From a virus (Duplodnaviria > Caudoviricetes): a stretch of DNA of 64,000 bases. The stretch lies in the IMG/VR virus record IMGVR_UViG_3300025016_000004; one strand, 5' to 3'. Shown here piece after piece: positions 19,887 through 30,125 of this stretch; position 1 is the stretch's first letter; each line of letters starts with the position of its first letter. A model generated the notes under the pieces. That model was not told the origin of the DNA. It ran no database searches and was given only the letters and a program-made list of their open reading frames with translations. Both the position numbers and the translations under genes were made by a program.

Positions 19887-20696
19887 TTATATTTTAATCC
19901 AATTTTCTGGTATTATATCTTGAGTGTCTTTTGGACCTCTTGGGCCAAACCATTGTTTAGGTGCAATCACCTTAGATTCAGCTAATTCATTTTTTCTCAA
20001 ATAAGCACCCCACCAACTAAAACTACTGTTGGCTATTATTTGACTTCCACAATATGATATCAATAGTAAATCTTCTATCTCTTCAGTAAGAGTTGAATAT
20101 GTGATGTTATCACCTTTAAAAGTTTCTTTACACCAATCGATATCATCTGAAACAAATATAAAATATTTATTTTCAAATATATCCATAGCCTCTTTATAAT
20201 AATTGGTAGTGGTTAAGTTTGTGTGAAAATCACTATTCTTTAAGTAATCACCCCTACGCACATGTACCGCCACTAAATCACTATAATTTAGTTTTTTATC
20301 TACAATAAAATTATATAAAAATGTTACAGCTGTATGTTTAAATCTAATAAATTTTGGATTATAAGGGTTAAATAATTTAATTAAACCATCTTTATAATTT
20401 TTAAAATATTTATCACTTTGGAAATACCCATCTAAAACAATATTGTCGTTTTTAGGGATTTCATTAAATGAAAAAGAAGGCTCCCTATACTCCATATTAA
20501 ACCGAGTATTATCTAACCTATTTATATCTTTAAAAAAACTATCTTTATATTTACTTGATGCATTCCCTTGATTTGGCGTATAGCAAGCGTCAAAATTAAA
20601 TCCATACTCAAATCCATGCCGTTTAGCATAAGCATATACGGTTGCTATTTGAAACATTTGGTTACCTATTCCCCCACACAATTTTGTTGTTACCAT
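19887..20696 (-). CDS. GT11 alpha-1,2-fucosyltransferase
   Basis: GGIGNQMFQ, DGYFQS, VHVRRGDY, FVSDD, ANSSFSWWGAYL. Confidence 0.92.
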   Translation of the reverse strand: MVTTKLCGGIGNQMFQIATVYAYAKRHGFEYGFNFDACYTPNQGNASSKYKDSFFKDINRLDNTRFNMEYREPSFSFNEIPKNDNIVLDGYFQSDKYFKNYKDGLIKLFNPYNPKFIRFKHTAVTFLYNFIVDKKLNYSDLVAVHVRRGDYLKNSDFHTNLTTTNYYKEAMDIFENKYFIFVSDDIDWCKETFKGDNITYSTLTEEIEDLLLISYCGSQIIANSSFSWWGAYLRKNELAESKVIAPKQWFGPRGPKDTQDIIPENWIKI

Positions 20697-21415
20697 TTAC
20701 TTAATCTATGATATTTTGGTAATTGTCTTATTTTTGTTGCATGTTCAGTCACCATTTTCATATCTAATTTATGCTCATTAATCGGATTTGTTTCATTATA
20801 AACATAATTAATATCAGTCATAAAATGATAATGTTCGGGGCCAGCCATTTCTAACATTGGAAACATGAAACATACATCACCACTCCATTGCCAGTAATCA
20901 CCGTTTTCATCTCTTAAATCTTGTTCTCTAATTGCTCTCCATAACCCAGCTCTCCATGTTCTAATGTGTGAAGCTGTAAATCGGCCAGTTCTAAGATTGT
21001 CAAAATCTTTTTGTCTTTCAGCAAAACCACGAGCACCGCTAGAATACATAAAACTTCCATTGGCAATCCAAATATCTTGGTTTTTATAAACTTCATTTAT
21101 TCTCTCAAAAACCTTTGTATCTGGTAACCAATCATCACCATCGACTTCAATGCAAACATCGTTATCATCAATATTAAGGTTATGTCTTATTGACGTATCA
21201 AAGTTACCCGTTTGATATAGTTTCTTTTCATAGTCATCAAATAAAATAAATCTATCATCATCTTTGATAAAATCTTTGATTAATTGAACTGAATTATCAG
21301 TTGACATATCATGTGTGATATAACAAGTAAAATCTTTATAAGTTTGACTTTGGATTGTTGCCAAAGACCTTTCTATATAATCTTTCGCATTATAAAATCC
21401 ACATAATACTATCAT
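20690..21415 (-). CDS. Glycosyltransferase family 2
   Basis: YNAKDYIERSL, DMSTDNS, VDGDDWL. Confidence 0.88.
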   Translation of the reverse strand: MIVLCGFYNAKDYIERSLATIQSQTYKDFTCYITHDMSTDNSVQLIKDFIKDDDRFILFDDYEKKLYQTGNFDTSIRHNLNIDDNDVCIEVDGDDWLPDTKVFERINEVYKNQDIWIANGSFMYSSGARGFAERQKDFDNLRTGRFTASHIRTWRAGLWRAIREQDLRDENGDYWQWSGDVCFMFPMLEMAGPEHYHFMTDINYVYNETNPINEHKLDMKMVTEHATKIRQLPKYHRLSKW

Positions 21416-22092
21416 TGTAAATATTTTTTTAAAACTCTTTTAATATAACCTTTTCGCATACTTTCTAGTTTATCCATACACTCATTAACAATATCACTAT
21501 TTTCAAAACTCCAATCATCGTATTTCTCATTTTTAACTAAATTAATGATGGGTTTAATTTTTAAAACACTACCAATTATTTTACAAATTTCCAAAACTTT
21601 AATCTTCTCAAAACCAGAAATATAAATCGTTTTATTGGTTACTTTATTTTTAGTATAATAAACAATTGATGTAACATCATCCACATCAATAATCGACCTA
21701 CTAATATTTTTATAGATTGAGATTTGTTCACCTTCGATTATAGAAGTTTTTAAAAAATTAACTAGGTTATCTTGGTTACCTTTTTCACCTATTACTTGGG
21801 GCAATTTAACTATCAAATAACTATTTGAATTACTTTTGATTAAATCTTCCATTTCTTGTTTATGGTTGTAATAAGGGTTATTGGTTATACCCGCTAATAT
21901 AGTGGTAAAGTAAATAAACTTTAAATCGTTATTTTTAGTTAATGTTTTTAGAATTAAATCAGCTTCACGTTTAAATTCTAAATCGGATATTTCTTTTGAG
22001 GAAGACACACCCGATGCAAAAACAACGCAATCATCGAACAAGTCGATGGATTCTCTAAAACTTGAGGCTATTAGCCCGTTACCTATAATCAT
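21412..22092 (-). CDS. NAD-dependent epimerase/dehydratase-like protein
   Basis: MIIGNGLIA, FASGVSSS, YYNHKQEME. Confidence 0.75.
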   Translation of the reverse strand: MIIGNGLIASSFRESIDLFDDCVVFASGVSSSKEISDLEFKREADLILKTLTKNNDLKFIYFTTILAGITNNPYYNHKQEMEDLIKSNSNSYLIVKLPQVIGEKGNQDNLVNFLKTSIIEGEQISIYKNISRSIIDVDDVTSIVYYTKNKVTNKTIYISGFEKIKVLEICKIIGSVLKIKPIINLVKNEKYDDWSFENSDIVNECMDKLESMRKGYIKRVLKKYLQ

Positions 22093-22838
22093 TAATCTAT
22101 TATTTTTATTCTTCTATTTAGATAATATCTATAATCATCTATATTTTGTTCATCACTAAAAAGATAATAAGTCCCACAATCATATTTTAAGTTGAAATCA
22201 CTCAACCTTTTACCTTTTGGTGTACACTTTTTTAGGTGGTTTTTTAACCCAACATATTTGTAATGCAATAATTTTAAATCTTCACCATCGTAAGTTTTAA
22301 CTTCACCAATTGGTCTAGCAACGTGTGCACCTAAACTATAATTGATTTCTTGTATCTTATTACAATCAAACATCATTGGTTTATTCATTACATCAACAGG
22401 AAAACCAGATTTAACCAATTCAAATATATCATCTTCAGGTTTTAATTCTAATTCCTCATCAGCAATCATATGAACACCATGTGGTTTGAAAAATGTGTAC
22501 CCTTCTTCGAAAGATTTAATTAAAAACTCTTCCATATTTTCATGATATAAAAACTCGTCAATATCACCAATTATTACATAATCAGCCTCACCAACACTTT
22601 GTTTCCAAACCGTATTTTTTATTTGAGCATGTTTTAAATCATCAAATTTTTCATTTGAATTATATGGAATCACTTCCGTATTTTCAAATGAGTTTATAAT
22701 TTCAACACTACTATCGGTTGACATATTATCTATGATGGTAATCTTCTCACAAAACTTTGAATAATATTTCAAAACATGTGGTAAGATATATTCTTCATTA
22801 TAACATAAAAAATACGCATGCATTATTGGTTTTTTCAT
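22092..22838 (-). CDS. GT2-like glycosyltransferase
   Basis: LCYNEEYIL, IDNMSTD, GDIDEFL, LLHYK. Confidence 0.8.
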   Translation of the reverse strand: MKKPIMHAYFLCYNEEYILPHVLKYYSKFCEKITIIDNMSTDSSVEIINSFENTEVIPYNSNEKFDDLKHAQIKNTVWKQSVGEADYVIIGDIDEFLYHENMEEFLIKSFEEGYTFFKPHGVHMIADEELELKPEDDIFELVKSGFPVDVMNKPMMFDCNKIQEINYSLGAHVARPIGEVKTYDGEDLKLLHYKYVGLKNHLKKCTPKGKRLSDFNLKYDCGTYYLFSDEQNIDDYRYYLNRRIKIID

Positions 22839-23620
22839 AATTCTAATAATTTAACCCATTTTTGTATTATTTCTTCATTGGTTAAGCTCTCACCATCATG
22901 TACCGTTGCATCGTTGCCAAAAAATTTAGTTCCAGTGGTTTCGCACTCATCTTTAACCAAAGACGCCACTTCACTTTTTGATGACATAAATACAGCACCT
23001 ACCATATCGTACATCCCTTGTTTATCACCAATAAAACCATATTCAATTACATCCTCACTTACCAATGGTTTTACGTAGTTATTATAATATGGACTATCAT
23101 TTACAGTACCAAATAAAATTACTTTTTCATAACCCTCACTTAAAGCTCTTTGTATTGAAGTGTGGGTTTGTTTATTCTCATCAATTGAACCTATTATCCC
23201 AGCAACCTTTTCAACTTCAGGTGATTTTTCTTTTTTCGCTAAAACTTCTTTTAGGTTAGGGATAATTTCATATTTACCATAATATCCACTATGATACATT
23301 TGTTGTTTCTTATTTAAAAATACGGCAGTATCCCAATATTTTTTCACTTTAGCAACTTCAAATATATTCTTTTCATGACAACATAAAATTGTTTTTTTTA
23401 CATCTAATTTATTAGGTAATTGTAAAAAATGTGCAATAACAACATCATCTTTAGATGGTCTGAATTTATTTAGTTTATCAGCTTTACACTTATCTAAATG
23501 CCAATCGTGTGGCCCATAGAATGTTGTTTCATAACCAGCTTCATTTAAAGCGTTTGTTAATCTAACAAATGCAAATGTAGAACCACCTTTTTCACTCCAA
23601 CCTGATATTATTTTTATCAC
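22835..23620 (-). CDS. GT-B glycosyltransferase-like protein
   Basis: SGWSEKGGST, IGSIDENK, SSKSEVASLV. Confidence 0.6.
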   Translation of the reverse strand: MIKIISGWSEKGGSTFAFVRLTNALNEAGYETTFYGPHDWHLDKCKADKLNKFRPSKDDVVIAHFLQLPNKLDVKKTILCCHEKNIFEVAKVKKYWDTAVFLNKKQQMYHSGYYGKYEIIPNLKEVLAKKEKSPEVEKVAGIIGSIDENKQTHTSIQRALSEGYEKVILFGTVNDSPYYNNYVKPLVSEDVIEYGFIGDKQGMYDMVGAVFMSSKSEVASLVKDECETTGTKFFGNDATVHDGESLTNEEIIQKWVKLLEL

Positions 23621-24705
23621 GCTAATATTTTTTTATATTTTCCCACGTAATCTTCTAATTTAATTTCAGGGTCTATCTTAGTATAGGTTATTTCTGGAAA
23701 AAATTTAGGTAAAACTGCTTCAATTGGTTCAGATGGCCCCACAGTATGAACAATATCATAATTTAAAGGTTTAAATTTATATAATTTACCTTCTTCTGAT
23801 TTTACATTTCCGTTAGGTGTCTTCATTTCGAATTTACCATCACCTTTAATAAAACCTCTAGGAGTGTCTAAAGGGAAAAAATCAATTTTATCCGCTTTAT
23901 ATAATTTAAATGCTTCTGCATCAAATTGTGAGGTTACAGTAACAAAATGACCATCATCTTGTAATAGTTTGGCTAAATCAAATGCAAGCTCCATTGTTAT
24001 TGAAGCTAATAAGATTCTGAATTTATGGTCATCTTTAAACTCTCTACTAATCTTTATTGGTAAATCCTCTTTATATTTCTCAGCAAAAAGACCTCTATTA
24101 ACTTCCCATTGGTCATTGGTTTCACCAATTGACATATGGTTGATTGAAATATTTGTGTGAACTCCAATCTTAACCCCATCTAAATAATTCCTAAAACAAA
24201 AATCAATATCATAAAAATGAAAACCTTCAACAGATTCATCAAAATTATGTTTAAGCCTAGATTTCATTACTGAAAAAAATACACCATCAACAACAACCGC
24301 TTCTTCAATATGATTATTTTGGTCTTCGCTATAACTTGATAATGTTTTTTTACCCTGATGAGTGTGCCAAACACGCCCATACATAGTTTTCCTATCTTCC
24401 CACCATCTACCAGTATCAGCTAAGTATTTTGTACCAGCAACACCTAAAATACCATAATCAGAATTATCATAATGCTTTAATAATTTTTTAGCAAATTGCT
24501 TGGTTTGAATTTCTATATCGTGGTGTAAGAAAACCACAACATCAAATTTAGAATCGTTTAAACCTTTATTATATATTTCAGTTAATGAAAATTCACCTTC
24601 ATTTTTATAAGCTAAAAATTCTACTTTAGGGTGCCCCGCCATTTTTTTTATACCCTTACCATAATCCGTCAAATCATGCGGTGAAGAACAAACAATACTT
24701 ATCAT
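23617..24705 (-). CDS. GT2-like glycosyltransferase with extra C-terminal domain
   Basis: YNKGL, VFLHHDI, VVVDGVF, FHFYDIDFC. Confidence 0.8.
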   Translation of the reverse strand: MISIVCSSPHDLTDYGKGIKKMAGHPKVEFLAYKNEGEFSLTEIYNKGLNDSKFDVVVFLHHDIEIQTKQFAKKLLKHYDNSDYGILGVAGTKYLADTGRWWEDRKTMYGRVWHTHQGKKTLSSYSEDQNNHIEEAVVVDGVFFSVMKSRLKHNFDESVEGFHFYDIDFCFRNYLDGVKIGVHTNISINHMSIGETNDQWEVNRGLFAEKYKEDLPIKISREFKDDHKFRILLASITMELAFDLAKLLQDDGHFVTVTSQFDAEAFKLYKADKIDFFPLDTPRGFIKGDGKFEMKTPNGNVKSEEGKLYKFKPLNYDIVHTVGPSEPIEAVLPKFFPEITYTKIDPEIKLEDYVGKYKKILA

Positions 24706-24721
24706 AATTTATATTTATTTA

Positions 24722-25075
24722 TTAATCGTTATCTTTCACAAAAATTCCATCAACCATTTTACCAGTTCTTTTTGAAATTACATTATAAGCTGACTCTAAA
24801 CAATCTTCTATTGTTAAACCTTGTATTTCAGTTTGAATTATTAGTGTTACTAATATATCACCTATTGCATCTTTAATCTCATGTTCAGTGTTTTTTAAAT
24901 TACCTTTAGGACAAGTAAATTCAAGATTACCCCTTTCTTGAGCATTTAATGCCATGGTTAATTCACCAACTTCTTCTAGAGTTTTTGTGTGTTGGCTAAT
25001 TGGTGTGGCTTTATCAAAAATAGTTTTATCTTTAGCCCAATCAATCACTTTTATATTTAATTCTTTAAAATTCAT
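24722..25075 (-). CDS. MazG-like nucleotide pyrophosphohydrolase
   Basis: KTLEEVGEL, IKDAIGDILVTL, CLESAYNVI. Confidence 0.85.
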   Translation of the reverse strand: MNFKELNIKVIDWAKDKTIFDKATPISQHTKTLEEVGELTMALNAQERGNLEFTCPKGNLKNTEHEIKDAIGDILVTLIIQTEIQGLTIEDCLESAYNVISKRTGKMVDGIFVKDND

Positions 25076-25679
25076 TTTTTTGTTTTAGTATATTAAGAGG
25101 TAATAACTTCTCTGTTTTTTTTTTATTATTTGACCACACTATTAATTCATCTAAAGTCACTCTACCATTATAATACGCCCATAATGTTGCGTTACCAAAT
25201 TGTTTATGTAACCATCTATGGTCAGATGGTGTTATTAATACTAAATTATTTGGGTCGTTATTATTAATATTACAATCTCTATGGTGGGTAATATACCCTT
25301 CTGGTAATTTATTAATATTTAACGTTTCAAATACAATTTTATGGTGTAACTTTATTCTACCAAATTTAGGTAAATAATCTAATTTATAACCACCGTCAGT
25401 TGTTACGTTTTCCCTAAAATTTGGGTTATTCTCACCTAAATATTCTTTTTTTCTAAAATTAGCAACACATTTAGTTGAACAGAAATAACCTTGACTTCTT
25501 TTATATCTTTTCTTAGAAGACTCTTTTAAATGAAACCCTACACCACATTGAGTACAGGTCGTATTAGGTTTACTTTTCCTAAAATTTGCTGAACACTCAA
25601 TACTACAAGTATGAGCGTTTTTAATTTGCTTCCCATATCTTTTAAATAGTTTACCACATATTTTACATTCTATTTCCAT
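25065..25679 (-). mobile_element. Free-standing HNH homing endonuclease with Cys-rich N-terminal repeats
   Basis: CxxC...CS.EC repeats; THHRDCNINNNDPNNLVLITPSDHRWLH. Confidence 0.85.
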
Positions 25680-25758
25680 AATTTTTTACCTTTAATATGA
25701 ATATAAATATAACGAAAATGGTTTTATTGAAAATATGGGTTAAATCTATTACACCGAC

Positions 25759-26328
25759 TTACTTAGCTAAAAATTTTTCTTCTATTATGGCTAATTTAAT
25801 GGCGATTTTTAAAACGTCACCTAACGTAGAATTGTACCATTCTGATTGTACATCATCAACTTTATCATAATTAACGATAGCCGCAAATTCTTCATCAGTT
25901 AATTTAATACCACAACTCAAAGCATAATAAGCTGAACGCTCACCAACTTTCATTGAGACTAAATCATTATTGAAATCGTAGAACTTACCTCTTTTTTCTC
26001 TTTGCCATGCGTCTTTTTCTGGAATGTATAATTTTACTTTACCAATTCCATGTAATAAAACCACTTTAAATAATGAATCTTCTTTTATTTTTAGCCCATC
26101 GGTTAAATTATTTTCATTTATTTTATATGCATGTTTCATAACTCTAAGTGTGTGGTCAATTAAACCACCCTCAAATGCATTGTTTAAATGCTCAAAGCTA
26201 GATTCTGGTGCTTTTATTAAATCTTCACCTAAAAGATTTTCCAATTCTTCTGTCATAGCACCATGTTTTCTCGCTGCTTCCAAATACCTTTTGGTATTCT
26301 TTACGATTTTTTCTTTTGTTAGTTCCAT
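25759..26328 (-). CDS. HD-domain phosphohydrolase-like protein
   Basis: AFEGGLIDHTLRV, LLHGIGK, GERS (YhaM-like layout). Confidence 0.7.
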   Translation of the reverse strand: MELTKEKIVKNTKRYLEAARKHGAMTEELENLLGEDLIKAPESSFEHLNNAFEGGLIDHTLRVMKHAYKINENNLTDGLKIKEDSLFKVVLLHGIGKVKLYIPEKDAWQREKRGKFYDFNNDLVSMKVGERSAYYALSCGIKLTDEEFAAIVNYDKVDDVQSEWYNSTLGDVLKIAIKLAIIEEKFLAK

Positions 26329-26329
26329 T

Positions 26330-26776
26330 TTATACCTCTGTTTTTATTTTTTTATTTCTAAGTCGTTCTTGAAGTTTTTGAAATGCTTCATCCAATTCTT
26401 TTATATCTGTCTTATGTTTTTTATAAGCCTCTATTTTATCCGATTCATCATTTTTTAGAAATTTTTTCATCCTAGCACTAATCCAAAGTGGTCTACGGTA
26501 GTTATATCGATTACCATATAAATCTAAGGCTCCCTTCAATTCTTCATTATACTTCTCCGCTTCTTTTATTGTTTTAATATCTGTGATGGAAGACTTATTT
26601 TTCTGGTACATTAAGTACTGAAGTCTTTTTTTATTTTCTTCTAAGAATGAATACAACGCTTCTTCTCTTGTTAGTTCCATAGGTCTAACAAAATCTTTAT
26701 TTACCAACGAATATAATATCCTAATTATATAAATTGATATCTTTGATAATACACTTTTAATTGTTTTTATATTCAT
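26330..26776 (-). CDS. Hypothetical protein (start may be 26680)
   Basis: 148-aa ORF in operon. Confidence 0.6.
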   Translation of the reverse strand: MNIKTIKSVLSKISIYIIRILYSLVNKDFVRPMELTREEALYSFLEENKKRLQYLMYQKNKSSITDIKTIKEAEKYNEELKGALDLYGNRYNYRRPLWISARMKKFLKNDESDKIEAYKKHKTDIKELDEAFQKLQERLRNKKIKTEV

Positions 26777-26807
26777 TTTTACTTAAAATATTCATAACGC
26801 AATTATA

Positions 26808-29188
26808 CTACTTTTCAGTGCCAAAAACAAGTTTTTTGTAATATTTAGCACGATTTTCTGTAACTTTATCCATTGAGTAGGTTTCAGCCACAGTATTATA
26901 TAAATTATCCCCAAGTATTTTTATCATCTCAGGGTTTTGTATCAATTTTTTAAGGTATTGATACCATTGTTTATGATTCCTATGAGAATCAACCAATAAA
27001 CCATTTTTAGTTAAATCAATTTCACCACCTTTTTGAAATGCATTTTGAATATCAATTGTATAAGGACCATAATTTTGAGCGATTAACGCCTTTTTATGGA
27101 AACCGCTTTCAATTACCTTTAATTGACTTTTAACTTTATTGAAGGTATGTTCAGTCAACGGTGCTAATGAAATATCAAATAAATTATAATTGGTCGCATA
27201 ATTGGTGATTGGTTTTGTCCAAACTCTTCTGTACGGCTCTTGCATAATGCTAGGGAATTCTTCAGTCACATATCTCAATAAATGCTCTTTATATTCTTTT
27301 GAAATTGTCGTATAATCATTGGTGAATATTTTTTCATATTCACACCAAACTGTTTCGTGTGGTAATATATCTCTTTGAGTTTGTTCACCTGTATCTTTGT
27401 TAATTGAATTAACCTTACCTCTAGTATCAAACCCACATAACACAAATTGTATTTTATCTAATAACCCGTCACCTTTTAATTTAGAAACTAATTGATTTAA
27501 TAATTTTAAATCTGCTAAATGACTATTCCCAATCCAAAATGCTTTACCATTTCGTCTAATATATATTATATGATTTTGAACTTCAACGCAATAAACATTT
27601 CCTTTATAATATTTTTTATATTGGTCATCTGTTTTAATTAAAGGGGTATTTTTATTATGTTTACTAACACTAGGGTGTTTTGTAAAATTAACAACTAATG
27701 AATCAAATTGGTTAGTGATTTTACGGCCTTTAATCATAGACGTTCTTTTACCTCGATTAGTAATGGTGGCTGAAATACCTAATTTTAATGCCATTTCTTG
27801 TAAATCATTGGCTAACGCTGATGAAGAGGTAAAAGCTCTAGTTCTACCATATTTGTTATTTTCAATATGACCATCACCATTAATAAACCATTCTAAAAAT
27901 ATCTTTAATTGCCTAGATGACAAATTTAATATTTCTTTAGGTATAAATTTTTCTGTAGCGGTACCAAAATCAGATAAATAATTCCATAATTGTTTATCAA
28001 AGACTCTCAATTGTTTTTTATCTTTAGTGTATTTTGGGTTAAATCCCATTTTAGTTAACAAATTAAACATATGCTCCAAATAATGATTATCTTTAGATTG
28101 AGCAATACCTACTTGATGTAAACCCTTACTTTTACTAGTCCAACCTTCAGCCATCCAAAAGCCGAAAAACTCTAACCAATCATTCATTTCTATCATAGTA
28201 TCAGTCCCATATTTTTCATATAAATCAACCCCATACTTATTTTTTTTATGTCCTTTTATAAAATTTTCATTATAAGCTTCTTCAAATTCGAACTTTAATT
28301 CAGTATAACTAGCTAAATTAGGTAATATAAAATATTCTACCTCATTACCAATCCAATTAGCATTTTTTCTAACATGAAAATTTTTACCATATATTTTTTC
28401 TGATTGTACTAACCCTAAATTCAATTTTTTATGAGTTAAATTCTTAGCTTCTGATGCGTACATATTATGGTTTGGTGTAACTTCATACTCAATTAACCCA
28501 TTTTTAGCACAATTTAATTCACCATCGAATGGTTCACATATATACCCACTTGGTTTATGATATTCCAAATAATTAGTTTCTGGGTTTAATGTTACTACTT
28601 TTTCAGTCTTATCTAACTCATCAAATCGTTTCCAACCACCATCAGTTAAAATTTCGGTATCTGGAGTCATACAACTCCCACCTAACCAACCAATTCTGAT
28701 TTTATCAGAAGGTTCTGGGTTTGAAGTGTATTGTTTTTCTGTTGGGTCAATAGCATTTGGTAAGACTACAACATTCTTGTTATGTTTTTTAATTTCATTT
28801 GCAAAAATTTCTGTTGTTGTTATAATATTCTCAGCAATTTTTAAATTATTAAGGATTTTTTTATCCAAATCATTATTTTTTATAATATGATATGCTGGGT
28901 GAGTCATATCTGGTAACCAATAATCATCTAAATCCATAACTGTAGGGATTCCTAATGATTTTAATTTTTCTAATAATCCTTCCATTTGGTCATAATTACC
29001 CAAAGCTCTATGATAATGAATTAGGTCGTATTGTTTTAACCAATCGTCATCATGTAATTTTGGCTCATATTCAATATCCACATGAAATTCATCTGGATAT
29101 AATTTTTCTAAATGTAAGTTTGGCTTGGTTGAACGAAAATAGCTCAACTTACCCCAGTACGGTCTGAAGGGACTACAAGTATCTTCAT
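26808..29188 (-). CDS. GT-B (GT4-like) glycosyltransferase with intein; first 14 codons out of frame with the body
   Basis: MKILVVPSDRTGVS* (29188-29144) then SYFRSTKP... in another frame; MDLDDYW, PNAID, GWLGGS|SH, KSQLKVIESG. Confidence 0.8.
27525..28673 (-). mobile_element. Intein (383 aa) with LAGLIDADG endonuclease in glycosyltransferase
   Basis: Starts CMTPDTEILT, VTPNH block B, ends WIGN|S; FFGFWMAEG and FLEWFINGDG. Confidence 0.9.
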
Positions 29189-29207
29189 TTTTTGACCTAC
29201 TGGGGTA
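29150..29207 (-). promoter_or_regulatory. RNA hairpin enclosing the glycosyltransferase start codon
   Basis: TACCCCAGTA-GGTC pairs with GACC-G-TACTGGGGTA (14 bp, 1 bulge); begins at the base after the HEG stop. Confidence 0.7.
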
Positions 29208-29975
29208 TCAATTTTGTTTGTTTTCATAATATTTTATTATTTCGTTTATTAGTTCTGGGTTTCTTTTATAATCACTTTCCCAAATAACTTTACTATTATA
29301 ACCATTTTTTTTCGCTAAGTAAAGCTTTTTATTATCACATAACCAAATTTCTTTGGCTGTTTTACTTTTTTTCTTATGCCAATACTCAGCATTATATTTT
29401 TTTGGGTTACAATGCCAATAATCACCATTATACTCTATTAATAAATTAAATTGTGGGACGTAAATATCAAAAATTTTACTTCCTATTCTATAATTAGGTT
29501 CACAATTAATACCTACTTCACTTAATTTATTTATTATTTCATCTTCAGCTTTAGACCTATTATAACTTTTTAATTCACCATTCATTATCCTTTCTTTCAT
29601 CAACTTACTCATTTTAACCCTAACACCTTCCATTTCACCACTTGCCCATAATTTTTTTTTCATATCACTAAACATTTTTCTATATTTTGGTTTAGACATG
29701 TGATTACTGGTGGAAACCCCTATTTTTGATTTACTTATCTTGTTTTTAGTTTCTTCAGTATGGGTTTTATTATAAAATGGGTTACCAACACCTTTTTGTT
29801 TTTTTAATGAACATTTTTTACATATACCTTTCTTTTTTAAATTTCTAGCTAAATAATATTCTTTTGAGGCTTCAACTAATATTTTATTTTTACATAAATG
29901 GCATTTGTAAAAAGAATACCATTTCTGGTTATCAACATTAAATTTGAAGTGTTTATATTTTTCATTTGATTCCAT
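29208..29975 (-). mobile_element. Free-standing Vsr-like/EDxHD-type homing endonuclease with NUMOD3-like repeats
   Basis: GNPFYNKTHTEETKNKIS, SKAEDEI, FDIYVP...IEYNGDYWH, KVIWESD. Confidence 0.8.
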
Positions 29976-30004
29976 AAATTATTTATTAATAAATATGGAA
30001 AAAT

Positions 30005-30076
30005 TTATAAAAAGTTTAAGTATGATACACCTGTTCTGTCACTTGGGACAACTAAGATTTTTATTTTTTTACTCAT
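30005..30076 (-). pseudogene. Stranded original 5' end of the glycosyltransferase
   Basis: MSKKIKILVVPSDRTGVSYLNFL*; KILVVPSDRTGVSY is identical to the downstream copy. Confidence 0.88.
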
Positions 30077-30095
30077 TCTAAAATTCACTTAAACA

Positions 30096-30124
30096 AGTAT
30101 AAGGAAATAAAAAGAATAAGTAAA
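30096..30124 (-). promoter_or_regulatory. sigma70-like promoter TTTACT-N17-TATACT
   Basis: Exact 17-nt spacing, 19 nt upstream of the stranded ATG, just after a terminator. Confidence 0.6.
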
Positions 30125-30125
30125 T

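Noticed and set aside
25680-25758. Stranded 5' remnant of the MazG-like gene upstream of the HNH gene
   Set aside because: Only a 3-residue VID match with no start codon, which is not distinguishable from chance.
29144-29160. Canonical -1 frameshift or UGA readthrough at the glycosyltransferase start
   Set aside because: There is no X XXY YYZ heptamer, and readthrough stays in the wrong frame.
29144-30030. Group I/II intron interpretation of the HEG cassettes
   Set aside because: Only ~45 nt precede and ~60 nt follow the HEG, too little for a ribozyme core. No U|...G| or GUGYG...AY junction pair restores the frame.
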